Assembly (NCBI RefSeq): GCF_030684315.1
Contig: NC_081355.1
Coordinates: 21,787,316 to 21,851,315, forward strand
Length of the DNA: 64,000 bases
Direction: 5' to 3'
Origin: Stegostoma tigrinum
Taxonomy: Eukaryota
Below are positions 35,961 through 49,150 of this stretch, piece after piece (the first letter of the stretch is position 1; the number at the start of each line of letters is the position of its first letter). The position numbers and the translations under genes are program-made. Under the pieces are notes generated by a model that saw nothing but the letters and a program-made list of their open reading frames with translations, was not told the DNA's origin and did no database searches.

Positions 35961-37613
35961 TAACCTTTATTTCCTTAAATCTGAGTCGAGTTGCTCGGAC
36001 AAATGGCCTATTTCTGCTCCTATGTCTATGGCCTCTTGTAACATCTTTGCTGTAAAATGTGAGCCATTGGTAGCCTTTTTTGGAAAACGCTATCAATAGA
36101 ACTTTGCTCCCACTAAATCTTTGCTATAGTAAGATTATTTTCACAGGCTTGAAACTTTACCTAAAGGATAACTGTTATCAATAACAATGGAGATAAACTG
36201 ATGCCATTGTTGTGTTTGTTTGTTTTTTGCTGTGCACAGTGGACCCATACAATCAATTTACATTATTTCTCATGAATCATTATTTAGATGGAAGATGCCC
36301 ATTGAAACCTTTCATTTTATGTGGACAGGATTTATTTGGGCACAAATCAAATTAGAAGCCTAGGTGATGCAGAATATCCTGACACATCGGTACCAGTAAT
36401 ACCTGTAACATATCAATCACCTGAGAAATGGATAGAACCTGTCCACTCCATGTTTGTATACTTTTGACATGTTCTGAGATGGAGAGGAGTAACCCATGTG
36501 TTCTGAGACAGAGGAATAACCCACATCAGGTGGGGTCATTCTTATGATGCTAAATTCTTTAATATCAGCTAAGTGACTCCTTAATTGATACAAAATAGAG
36601 TGCAGATCCCTCCTGTGATATATTATGTAGCCTCTTTGGCTGTTACTATATCAGGTCAATATGCTGGTGAGTTTTAAAATCAGACAGGGTATGATTTTAT
36701 CAGACTGACACTAGTGGTTGTGTGGCGATTGCTTCCAATGGACTCCCTTTTATTACTGTTTATCTGGTAAATTGATCAGTAATGTTATTAATTACCAACG
36801 TATGTAGACTCCTAGGAATTTTTTGATAGTCAGAAAGCACTCTGTCCTATCCGTTAGGTCCAATGTGAATGACTTATAATTTTCCTTAATTGAAATACAT
36901 TTGCCAGTTTTGTCTATTTCCTTAATTTATTAGTATATCTTTGTAATTTTATGCCTTAATCAACATTGCTTACATTGATATAGACATAATGCTTTGTAAA
37001 TGCACAAATTGATTTACACTAAGAACACAACTTTAAAACAAATTTTTTAAAGCTGTAATCCAATTAAGACAAAAGTATTTCAAATAATTCAAATTGATTT
37101 TTGATAAGACACTATAGCAACCATGACTTTAAGATTGAATCTTCTGTTTAGTAAAACAATCCATTCTGTGCTTTTTGCAGTTGCATAAGTAAATTATAGT
37201 CAAAATAAATCTATGCTGACATCTTTAACTTACAGATTATCCCAGATTCTAGGTGAATCTTAACTTTTTCTGCATTTTAGCAGCATTAAACCACTCGCAT
37301 TTCTACCTTTCTTCAGTTCTTAAGTCATTTTCAACACAAAATGTTTTTGTCTCCACCATTGCTGCAGGACCTCCTGAGTACGTCAAGGACTTTGTTTTTG
37401 TTGCAGATTTCCAACATTTGTAGTGTTTGCTTTTACCATTCTAATAGATTTGACGATCCTTGACATAGAAAAACATTTATTTACAGGGATGTCCATACAA
37501 TATAGAAAATTATTAATCGTTTAATGCTGGAGCTGGCAAGTTGCATTCCTGTGGAAGTTTGTTTCTGTCTCTATTTAAAAACCTTTTCCTCATTTTCTGT
37601 ATTTTTATTGTAG

Positions 37614-37768
37614 AATACATGGCACAGCTCCTGGCGGCTGCTGAATATGAAGTGCTTGTGAATGAATATGTGTTCCGTGAAACTGTTAATAAGAAGGAAG
37701 GTCTTTGTGTTCCAAGAGTTTTTCTTCAATGCAAGTTTAAGAAGCCAGAGAGAAATCGATACAATTAA
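37614..37768 (+). CDS. METTL6: METTL6 coding exon 5 (last)
   Basis: 155 nt, EYMAQLLAAAEYEVLVNEYVFRETVNKKEGLCVPRVFLQCKFKKPERNRYN*; TTGTAG acceptor. Exons total 942 nt = 313 aa from ATG 27550. Confidence 0.95.
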
Positions 37769-38331
37769 CCTGTTGAACAGTTACTGCTGCTCTCTTTTTT
37801 TGAAGTTAAGTTATAATGTTTGACACTTCCATCTTGTACTTGGAACCCAGCAGAAAGTGCAGGCGGAGGAACCAACTCCTGGCACTCCGCCAAGATTGCG
37901 ACATGAAAAGAGTCTTAAAAATCTGAGGTAGGAGTAAGGGATGAGTTGGTGATCTCAGCTATTCTGCTGCCTGGGTGAGAATTGTTGAGTGGAGGCTCAA
38001 TATATCACTACAGAGGTGCAGGAAAGTTGGAAGGGAGAGGAGCTCCAGGGTTACTCTTGTGGTCTTGTTGATGACTGACTGAGCAGCACTGATTTAAATA
38101 CATATGAACAGACGATGTGCGAAAAATTTCACTTGAGCCCAAGCAGGCCAGAGAACACATGAATTAAAATTAGAGATCTCTTACATTTGCAAATAAAACA
38201 CAAAATTATTGTATTGCATGATGTCTGATTGGAATTTTTGGAAGTGCTACATCTTTTCTAAACTATTTAACATTTTATAAGGTATGTGATAATGGAAGTT
38301 TTATAAACTCTTGAAATTTGCTGTTCATTTT

Positions 38332-38337
38332 AATAAA
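38332..38337 (+). terminator. Candidate METTL6 polyadenylation signal
   Basis: AATAAA followed by T-rich sequence; an alternative lies at 38192-38197. Confidence 0.45.
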
Positions 38338-39339
38338 ATACTGTTTTTAAACAGACATCTGGAGTCTGAAATATTTCTGAACATTACTAGTAACTTCTGG
38401 ATGTTTTTGAATTTACAGGTTACTGGTTTATAGATTTTCTATATTATTTTTCAATTTATAATGTCTAGTACCTGTACACTTCAATCTGCCTAAAAATTTG
38501 CATTCAATTGTGTTATTTTTAGGCGGACTAATGAGTTTCACTGCATCTGTGCACGCATGCATTTTAAGTTATATAGTACCAGTTAACCTGGTGTAAATAT
38601 TGCTTTACCTGAATTAAACAGCGTTGGAAAAGAAAGTAGAATTCTGTAAATGATTAAGCAGACAGCATCACTCAGAACTCTGTTCTTTGGTTGTTCAAAT
38701 GCAGAGTTGGATTTCAGTTAACTGGATTAACGTGGTGTGTTACTCCTTATGTTACAATGTCATTTCTCCATCTTTCATTGTTTCTAACAGTCAGCTGTCA
38801 CAATTACCTTTATCTCCAACTCCACCCTTTTACACAGATGAAGAAAAACTACATCTCGAGAATGACCAGGGGTTTCAGTTGTTATTCCATGCAGAGAGAA
38901 GGAATTGTATTCATCAGTAGGCTCTACGTAATTGTAAGCTTATTTTTTGTTCATTGACAACTGTGTGTCAATGTTAAGTCCAACATTTATTGTTCATTTT
39001 TAACCATCCTTGAGATGTTGGTAGTCACCCATTTTTTTGAACTCTTGCAGGCCATGTGATATTGGTGCATCCAAGATGATGCTAGGGAGGGAGTTCCATT
39101 ATCTTAGCTCATTAATGAAGAAAGAGTGATATAATTCCAAGCCAGAATATTCTGTGACTTCGTTGAGAGCTTGAGGGTTTTGATGTTCCCATGCATCATG
39201 CTTTCCTAGGCAATAGAAGCTGAGGATTTGGCACAGCTGTCGAAGAGTTGGTGGGTTGCTGCACTGCATCCTTTAGATGTCAGAAAACTACTGTCTGTCT
39301 TGAAGTAAGATACAAATAAACTTCCCAGAAATACCTAGT

Positions 39340-40532
39340 AACCAAAGGACTGGTGAGAATGAATTGCTGTAGTGTATATGGATTTTAACAAGACATTTGA
39401 TAAGATTCCCCATGGTAGGCTCATTCAGAAAGTAAGGAGGTATGGGATTCGGGGAAATTTGGCTGTCTGGATACAAAACTAGCTGTCCAAAAGAAGACTG
39501 AGGGTGGTAGTAGATGGAAAGTATTCAACCTGGAGCTCGGTATCCAGTGATGTTCTGCAGGGATCTGTTCTGAGACCTCTGCTCTTAGTGAGCTTTATAA
39601 ATTACTTGGATGAGGAAGTGGAAGGGTGAGTTAGTAAGTTTGCCGATGACACAAAGGTTGGTGGAGTTGTGGCTAGCATGGAGGGCTGTTGGAGGCTGCA
39701 ATGGGACACTGACAGGATGCAGAGCAGGGCAAAGAAGTTGCAGATGGAATTCAACCCAGAAAAGTGTGAAGTGATTCATTTTGGAAGGTCGAATTTGAGT
39801 GCAGATTATAGGGTTAGTGGCAGGATTCTTGGCAGGGTGGAGGAACAGAACGATTTTGGGGTCCAAGTCTTTGGATCCCTCAAAGTTGCCACCCATGTTG
39901 ATAGGGTTGTTAAGAAGGCATATGGCGTGTTGGCTTTCATTGGCAGGGGAATTGAGTTTAAGAGTCGCAAGGTTGCACTGCAGCTTTATAAAACCCTGGT
40001 TAGACCACATTTGGAATATTGTGTTCAGTTCTGGTTGCCTCATTATAGGAAGGATGTGAAAGCTTTAGGAAGGGTGCAGAGGAGATTTACCAGGATGCTG
40101 CCTGGACTGGAGGGCAGTTCTTATGAAGAAAGTTTGAGGGAACTTGGGTTTTTTCTCATTTGAGTGAAGAAGGATGAGAGGTGACTTGCTGGAGGTCTAC
40201 AAGATGATGAGAGGCATAGAAAGGGTGGATTGCCAGAAACTTTGTCCCAGGGCAGAAATGACTATCACAAAAGGGCATAATTTTGAGGTGGTTGGAAGAA
40301 GGTCTAGGGGAGATGTCAGAGTTGGGTTCTTTGCACAAAGTGGTGGGCGTGTGGAATGCGCTGCCAGCAGTCATAGTGGAATCAGATATTTTAGAGACCT
40401 TTTAAGTGACTCTTGGATAGGCACATGGATGTTAGTATAATGGTAGGGTATACAGGGTAGATTGATCTTAGTAGGATAATAGGTTGGCACAACATCATTA
40501 GCCAAAGGGCCTGTACTGTTCTATGTTCTATG
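39340..40532 (+). mobile_element. CR1 LINE (HER1-like) 3' 1.2 kb, relatively young
   Basis: ORF 39669-40163 = CR1 RT C-terminus (QMEFNPEKCEVIHFGR…LYKTLVRPHLEYCVQFW); SKFADDTK upstream; tail GGGCCTGTACTGTTCTATGTTCTATG. Confidence 0.92.
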
Positions 40533-40559
40533 ACACAAATTAGTATTAATAAAATAAAA

Positions 40560-41990
40560 ACCTACTATGGAGAAATTAATTGGACAGAAAGCTGGTAGAT
40601 TGTAGATTATTTATGTTCCATAATGTTGAAAGATGTGTCTGTAGAGTTAGTGGATGCATTTGTGATCATCTTCCAAAATTCTATAGATTCTGGAAACATT
40701 CTTGCAAGCTAGAAGATAGAAAAAAATAACCATGTTATTTAGGAAAGTAGAGCACAAATGGGGGAACTACAGACCGGTTGGTCTAATGTCAGTAAATTCT
40801 GCAAGAGAATATAAAGAATATCATAACAGGACACTTAAAAGTAGCATGAAGCAAAGCCAACATAGATTTATCACATGGAACTCATTTACAAAATGATTTG
40901 AGGATACAACGAACTGAATACCTCAGAGGCAATAGTGACTGTGTTCTGTTTTGAGTTTCAGAAGGCTTTTGATAAAAGTACACATGATGCTAAACAAAAT
41001 TTAAAACGTGTGATTCGAGGATGACTTGCACGGATTGAGAATTAACTGGTAGGGAACTGAGTGTGAGTTAAAGGTTCTTTCTCCTGTCAGCAGATTGTGA
41101 CTAGTAGGGTTCTGCGAGAATCAGTACAGTACATCGGGGATTCACATCCAAGACCAAGTAATATTTTCAGTTTTAGTGATGACAACTTGTTGGGTATAGG
41201 CATTATGAAGAGGATGCAAAGACAACTTCAAGGAGATTTAGACAGTTTAATGTATGGGCAGTAGCATAGCAGTTTGAATATAATGTGGAAAATGTGTGGT
41301 TGTCCATGTTGGGAAGCAAAATAAAAATGCAGATTATTTCCAAAGGGACCTGGGTGTCCTTGTTCACGAGTTACTGAAAGTGATTAGAAAGTAATTAGGC
41401 TAATATTATGTTGGCCTATATTTGTAAAAGATTGAGTTCTAAAGTATAAGTGCCTTGTTGAATTTATATAGTGCCTTGCTGAGATGACATCAGGAATATT
41501 GTTTACAATTTCGGTCTCCCTACCATAACGAAGGATATACTTGCGCTAGAGGGGAGGTGATTGCTGGACTGTTAATCCAGAGACCCAGATAATGTTCTGG
41601 GGACCTTGGTTCAAATCCCACCATGGCAGATGGTGGAATTTGAATTCAATAAATATCTGGAAATAAGAGTCTGATGATGAGATCAAATCATCATCTAATA
41701 ATGACCGTGAATCCATTGTTGATTGTTGGGGAAAAACCCATCAGATTTACTAATATTCATTGAGGGAAGGAAACTGCCACCCTTACCTGGCCTGGCCTAT
41801 GAGTGATCCCAGACCCACAGCCATGTGGTTGACTCTTATCTGCCCTCTAGGCAATTAGGGATGGGTAATAAACGCTGCCTAGCCAGCGACGCCCTCATCC
41901 TGTGAATAATTTTAAAAAACTAATGTTCACCTGACTGATTCCAGACTTGGTGGCATTGCCATATGCGGAGAGATTGAATTTGATAGACTT
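40560..41990 (+). mobile_element. Old CR1 RT fragment interrupted by a SINE
   Basis: GNYRPVGLMS, FQKAFDK, FSDD and EYCLQFRSP remnants. Confidence 0.7.
41553..41920 (+). mobile_element. tRNA-derived SINE (second family)
   Basis: B-box GGTTCAAATCCC, then CATGGCAGATGGTGGAATTTGAATTC; related copies at 45410-45712 (+) and 62205-62535 (-). Confidence 0.75.
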
Positions 41991-42136
41991 ACCAAGACCT
42001 CATCCCAAGACCATCCCTGCCAACTTGAGCTGTCCATCTTCTCTCCCACCTTACTGACCAATCCCCACCACTATCTACCTGCTATATCTGCCCCCCCAGC
42101 CCTATTTATTTCAGAGCCCCCTCATTCGAGATGGAA

Positions 42137-42941
42137 TAATTGTGGATAGAATTTCCTGAGTCAATACCAATTACCTGTTGGCCTACAGCACATGTGTTGG
42201 TCACAAGGAGGCCCTAGCGAGATTTTTTTTCCCCATTTCAGCTGGTTCTGGATTTCAGCTGGTTTTGAACTAGAGAAAAACCTGAGTATTGGTTTGTGGT
42301 ATTCATTTTCAACTAAGTTGGCCAATCAAATTAACATTCATATTAAATCTGTAATGATTTAATGTGCTCCATAAGATGTGTGTACTCAGAACTAGGTTCA
42401 TTTTAATTTGCCAAAATCTCATGACATTGCAAATTGTCCATCTTCCTTCTGACATAAGATTGCAGCTTTGTCAGCTATTGCAAATCTGTAAACAACTTAA
42501 TATTTCCTGCAGCAAAACTGGAAGTTGCTGGAAAAGCTCAGTAGGTCTGGCAGCATGTACGATGAGAAATCGGAGTTAAAGTTTTGAGTCTGGTGACCCT
42601 TCCTCACTGTTCTGAAGGACCTGATGAGCTTTTCCAGCAACATCTGTTTTTGTTTCTGATTTACAGCATCCACCGTTCTGTTGGTTTTTAATTAATATTA
42701 CCTGTTGGCTATTGTCATTATTGTGCTGCTGCCTAAGACTAATTTCTAATGTTTTTAGTGCTATTTTTCAGTTTCCAACTCATGTCAAAAATTGTAATAG
42801 CAGTATTGTATGTAGTTTTCCATGGTACACACATTTACTTACTGAATGACATATTGTGTTCAATAGCTGTTACATTGGAGCAGTATAAAACATTAACTTT
42901 GCACTGCCATACAGGAAAATAAAATTGTATCAGTGATAATG
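42137..42941 (+). repeat. 805-bp duplicate of 33112-33916 (copy 2)
   Basis: Direct comparison of both copies; breakpoints TAATTGTGG… and …GTGATAATG. Confidence 0.95.
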
Positions 42942-43115
42942 GGAACTGCAGATGCTGGAGAATCCAAGGTAACAAAGTGTGAAGCTGGATGAACACAGCA
43001 GGCCAAGGGTCTAGGCCTGAAACGTCAGCTTTTGTGCTCCTGAGAAACGTCAGCTTTTGTGCTCCTGAGATGCTGCTTGGCCTGCTGTGTTCATCCAGCT
43101 TCACACTTTGTTATC
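42933..43115 (+). mobile_element. Young fold-back PLE termini abutting the duplicate, with internal 25-bp tandem duplication
   Basis: 42933-43005 is an inverted terminus with tail; 43006-43115 is a forward terminus; GAAACGTCAGCTTTTGTGCTCCTGA occurs at 43019-43043 and 43044-43068. Confidence 0.9.
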
Positions 43116-45116
43116 AGGAAAATAAAACATTGGTCATAAATGCTGTTTATATGTCTGAAGTCAGCATTTCCAAAATATGTATCTGTGGTGACTACTTCTC
43201 AATTATATGGTGACATATACCTATGTCATGAGTTCTTGCTGTGGCCTTCATGTCAATGAACAGGCCCATTGTTGACCCACACATCCTTGGGCACATGGAG
43301 GCAAGATGTCTCACAAGGTAGTGGGATCTGGAGTGTAAGGAATCTGGAGAATTTGTTTGTTGCATTTTGATAGACAAATTGTCATCATTTTGAATGCTTC
43401 GAACTATTCATTTCAATCCTGCATGCTTTAAGGAGAGCTTCAGGATATCTTTGAAGTGTTTCTTTGTAAATTACCAACATTCCAGGAGTGAACAATTTGA
43501 GAAAGAGGAGGGAAGATGCTTTTTAGCCATTTGGCAGTGCTCTGAGTACTCTTGGAGTAGCTTCAAGATGTTGGCTAATTTTTGTTTTATAGTCCTCCTG
43601 TTGAAACTGGAAGATGCAGCAGTGGAATGCTAATGGACTTTCTTGAGCCCTGTTTTTTTGTCACTAATACATAGCCAAGGTATCACCGTAGTGCAGGAGT
43701 ATGGTAATACAAACTGTTTTGCTAGTCAGACTTTTGTTATCGAATACTAACTGCCATACTTTGTAGAAGGCTGAGGATCGTACACTACTCATTCACTATT
43801 GCATTTACTCATCAATTTTGAGAGCAGCAGTTATTTAGATCACTAGATCAAAGATCCAAGTGATGTACGTATCACTTGCCTGTAGATCAGATCACAGACT
43901 TGGTCAATCAGTAATGAACATTCACCTTGCACTAAGTCATCAAAAGAACTAGAAGTCCAAGAAAGAAATCAGTAGCTCATGATCGATCTGGAAAATTTTC
44001 ACATATACACCTTGTCAAATCAAATTTATACCAGTCAGTGAGACGGAAGCCAAGACACCTTTCTTTTGTGGATGGAGTTTATTAATTGCTGACAGCTTAT
44101 TCCACACGCTAGGCGCACTTGCATTCTCCCTTCATATCAACCCGATTAAATAATCAATTAGCTCAATTTACTACTTGCTATATTAACATAACCAAATTCC
44201 AGAACAGTGAGTTCGAATGCAGGAAAGTATAATGTTTTCTGTAATGGCAAATGCTGCCTGTAAACCTTACTAATATTTTCATATCTCCAAAGTATTACAC
44301 AAAGCTTGTTAGACATCTCCGACAAACTGAATATCCAATGGGACTCCATGGGGATCTCTGTAACTTCAAGTTGTGAATCACCTGTCCAGCCACTTGGTGA
44401 TGCTTTAGTTTATAGAATTGCTAGGAAAGCTCACTTTGGAGTGTCATTGATATTTAATATCATGAAAAATAACTATGCACCTTTAAGTGCAAATTGCCAA
44501 TGACAGAATGAAGCAAACAATTTAGAGGTGCCGACTGCTTCAGTGGTAGTGTCTTTCAGATGCAGGCTTAAGTCCCTTCTGCCCCAAAGGTGCGCTATAA
44601 CATGTCCAAACAAGTTGATTAAAATTAACTTTCTCAAAAAGACATTGAACAAGAAAGATTCGTTATCGGACGTAGCTAAGAAATAACAGCCACCAATGAG
44701 AACACAAACAAGCCAAGATTATTTGTTACCAGGACTGAGGAGAGGCTTTGAACACAACACCATGTTAAAGAATTCACAAAGGTCACCTTCAATGATTTGC
44801 AATTATTTTTCTCCCAGAAAGAATTTCAGTACTGTATAAGTAAGTACTGATAAGATAATCAGGCAGTGCGGTGACTCTCCAAAATAATAAAGGTCTCCAT
44901 GATACAACTTGTACTATTCAACACTGTATCTATTTACCCTTGGAGTTCTTCATCGATAACTTTTCTGCATTAGTAAAGAATACACATTATCATAAGATAG
45001 CTTCAGATGAAAAGGAGTTTTCAGCCTGTTGTCTCTCATCTTCACAAAATACCCAATTCAATCATTCACTTGTTAAAACATCTAGGTGTTTATTTAATAA
45101 ATTTTATTTATGTTAG

Positions 45117-45230
45117 GGGGCACTTATAGGTTGGTAGCACCATTTCCTTTGAGACCAGGAGGCCCGGGTTCAAGACTCATCTGGTCGAGAGGTATGTAAT
45201 ACTGTCTCTGAACAGGTTGATTAGAAAATA
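45117..45230 (+). mobile_element. Short tRNA-derived SINE
   Basis: TGGTAGCACC…GGAGGCCCGGGTTCAAG A/B-box-like head. Confidence 0.55.
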
Positions 45231-45849
45231 CCTACCCTTCTTGTTTTAGTTTCTCATCAGATCCTTTGGAAAGAAGTAATTTCTCATATCAGTCCTAAAG
45301 TTGTCCTTCCTGAATGTGAAGGTTTACATTTGTTAATGTCTTCCTTTTTTCTTTGTATTTTTTCTCCTGAATCCCCAGAAGGGTTACAACAAAATAAAAA
45401 AAAATGTTGCTATACTCTTAATCCAGAAACCCAGGTTCAAATCCAGCATTGGCAGCTGGTGGAATTTGAATTCAGTTTTTGGGAAATGTAGAATTATGAT
45501 TCTAATGACGCTGAAACCACTGTTAATTGTTGGAAAATTTTCATCTGATTCACTAATGTTCTTTACAGAAGGAAGGAAACTGCTATCCTTACCTTATCTG
45601 GTATGCACATGACTCATAGCAACGTGGTTAATGTTTATCTGCCCTCTGGAAGTTAGGAATGGGCAATACATGCTGGCCCAGCCAGCAACACTGGCATCCC
45701 ATGATTAAAAAAGGCATGGTGACACTGAATTTAATACAATAACTCTGCAATGGGACAAAATGCTGACACTAACAGGGGCACTGAATGTACGGATTTTGCA
45801 CAAGTGTACAGAGAACATTATTGTAGTGTCAGCACATATTCTGTTTTAT

Positions 45850-48800
45850 GAAACAGAGAGTACGAGTAGGCCATTTAGCCCTTTGAGCGTACTTCACCAT
45901 TCATTGCAATCATGGCTGATTATCCAACTCAATAGTCTTCCTGCTTTTCTCTGTATCCTTTGATCCTTTTAGCCCCAAGTTTATATATAACTCCTTCTTG
46001 AAATCATACAATGTTTGGTCTCCTTTGCTTTCTGTGGTTGTGAATTCTACAGGCTCACCACTCTGGTGAAGAAATGGTCTACTGTACATCATTAGACTCT
46101 GATTCCAAGCCATTAGGAACACTCTTACTGCCTTCCCCAATCTAATCCTGTTAGAATCTTATGGATTTCTATGAAATACACCATTCCCATCATCCCAGGA
46201 ATTGGTGTGGTAAATTTTCTCTGCACCCCCTCAATAGCAATAACATCCTTGCACAGATAAGGAGATCAAAACTACACACAGTATTCCAGATGTGGTATCA
46301 TAAAGCTCCTGTACAATTGCAGCAAGACATCCCTTCTCCACTCAAAATCCTCTCGCTATGAAGGATAACATACTATTTGCCTACTTTAACACTTGCTGCA
46401 TTTGCGTAGTTATCTTCAGCAACTAGTGTACCACGCCACCCAGGTCTCATTGCACATTCCCCTGTCTCAATTTATAGCCATTCAGATAATAATCTGCCTT
46501 CCTGTTTTGTTACCAAAGCAGATTACCTCATGTTTGTCCACATTACATTGCATCGGCCATGCATTTGCACACTCACTCAACTTGTCCAAGTCTTACTGAA
46601 GCATCTCTGCATCTTCCTCACAGCTCACCCTGCCACCTAAATTCATGTCATCTGCAAATTTGAAAATATTACATTTAGTTCCCCCATCCAAATCATGAAT
46701 ATACATTGTGAATAACTGGGGTCCTGGTACAGATCCATGCAGTACACCATGAGTCACTTGCTGCCATTTGAAAAAGGACCTATTGAAACTCTCTGTTTCC
46801 GACCTGCCAACAGTTTCCTATCCATCTCAATACACTATGCCTAATCCCAAACACTTTCATTTTACACACTGATCTTTTTGGGACTTGTTGAAAGCCTTTC
46901 TAAATCCAAATAAACCACATCCACTGCTTGCCCCCCATCAACTCTACCAGTTACATCCTCAAACAAATCCATTGGATTTGTCAAGTTTGATTTTGCTCTT
47001 GTAAATCCACGTCGGCACAACATCGAGGGCCGAAGGGCCTGTACTGTGCTGTAATGTTCTATGTTGACTGTGTGATCTCGCCACTATGTTCTAAATGCTC
47101 AATTATAATTATTTTCTAGTGGACTCCGATATTTTCTCCACTACTAATGTTGGGCTGACTGGTCTATCATTCCGAGTTTTCTGTCTGCCAACCTTCTTAA
47201 AAAGAGGAATTGCATTTGCTACCCTCCAATCTATGGAACTGTTCCAGAGTCAGTAGAATCTTGGAAGATGTCCACTATTTCTAGGCCCAATTCCTTCAGT
47301 ACTCAGGCACGTAGATTATTGGGGCCTGGGGATTTGTTGGCCTTCACTTCCATCAATTACCCCAATACCTCTTCCCTGCCAACACTGATTTTCTTCAGTT
47401 TCTCTATTTCCTTGTTCCCCATCATTTCTGGTACGTCATTTGTAACCTCCTTTATGAACACACAACCAAAGGATCTATTTAGTTCATCACGCATTTCTTG
47501 GTTTCCCCATTTATAAATTCTCATGTTTTGACTGTAAGGGGCCTGCGTTTGCCTTCACCAATCGTTTTCTCTCCAAATATCTACAGAAACTTGCATCGTC
47601 AGTTTTTATGCTCCCCACAAGTTTCCTCGTTTGTCTATTTTCCATTTATTAATCAATTCTTTTGTCCTCCTTTGCTGGAAGAGTGGCATAGTGGTTAGCA
47701 CTGCTGCCTCACAGTGCCAGGGACCCAGGTTTGATTCGGGCCTTGACTGGCTGACTGTGTGAAGTTTGTACATCCTCCCCACGTCAGCGTGTGTTTCCTT
47801 CTGCACTCCAAGAATGTGCAGGTTAGGTGGATTGGTCATGCTAAATTGCCCGGTAGTGTACATGGAAATGCAGGCTAGGTGGATTAGCCATGGTAAATAT
47901 GGGGATAGGATAGGGGGCTGGGTTTGGGTGGGGTGCTGTTCAGAGGGTTGGTGCAGACTTAATGGGCCAAACAGCCTCTTTCTCTATTGTTTAGTTTCTA
48001 TGAATTCTAAACTATTCCCAACCTCAGGTCTATTGTTTTTCCTCTCTCTCTGGCCACTTTGAATGCCTTTTCCTTAGATCTAATATTACCTTTAATTTGC
48101 CCTGTAAACCATGGTTTGGCCATCTTTTCCATTGTCCTTTTACACCAGACAGGAATGAACAAATGTTGAATTCACCCATGTTCTCCTTAAATGGTTACCT
48201 TGGCTTTCCCACCATCATTCCTATAAGTAATATCTCCCAATCTATCGTAGTTTCCTCTATTTAGATTCAGGACCCTCGTCTCAGAAGTAACTATGTCACT
48301 CTGCACTTTGATAATGAATTCTATTATATTATTGTTCATCCTCAAGGGACACAACTAGATTGCCAACTGCTTCTTTCTCATTACAAAATACCCAGCCTCG
48401 ATGTACTGGTCCTCAAAACCATCGCATGTATGCTCCAGAAATTACTGTGAAAGAAGAATGTCACTAATATGATTTGCTCAAACTATATGCAGATTAAAGT
48501 TGCTCATAATTACAGATATTCCTTAATTACATGTATGTCTAGTTTCCTGTTTAATGCAGTTATCAACATCACCCTGATATAACTCAGCTCTACCTGTACA
48601 TATTCCACATGGTTGGAGTTAGCGTCCTTCCTCACTGTTGCTTTAATTTCGTCTTTACCCGGTAATAGAATTCCATTGTTATTTTCTTTTGTCTGTCCTT
48701 CTGAATACCCCTGGTTATTCGGTTCCCAGCCTTGGTCACGTTCTAGCCATGTCTCCATAATCCTGATTATATCGTATCTGTACCCATCTATTTACAAAAT

Positions 48801-49150
48801 TAATTCAATTACTTTATCACAAATGCTACACGCATTAAGACACAAATGTTTGTTTTTGGCATTTCTTGTCCAGTTCCCATTATTTTTCTGTTTTGTCCCT
48901 TGATTTCTCTGCCTATCACTTTTCTTACTTCTCTCAGTGTCTTTTGTTCTTGTCTTCGATTCCCTTCCTTTGACTCCTTGCATAGGTTTCCATCCCTATG
49001 CAATTTTAGTAAAACCTCCACAGCCACGCTAGCAAGTATTTTTCAAACATTAGTCGCAGTCCTGTCCATGATTTGCCCATCTAATTTGTATTGATCTGAC
49101 CTCCACCAAAACTAGTCCCAATAGCCTAGGAATCAGAACCGCTCTCCTCA
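45850..49150 (-). mobile_element. Long degenerate CR1 ORF2 (endonuclease to tail) with nested SINE
   Basis: Tail at ~45860; KFADD at ~46645-46660; APE-endonuclease remnants in ORFs 48510-48758 (METWLERDQGWE) and 48792-48983 (CLNACSICDK). Confidence 0.8.
47683..48008 (+). mobile_element. HE1-like tRNA SINE nested in CR1
   Basis: AGTGGTTAGCACTGCTGCCTCACAGTGCCAGGGACCCAGGTTTGATTC; homologous to 17617-17973. Confidence 0.85.
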
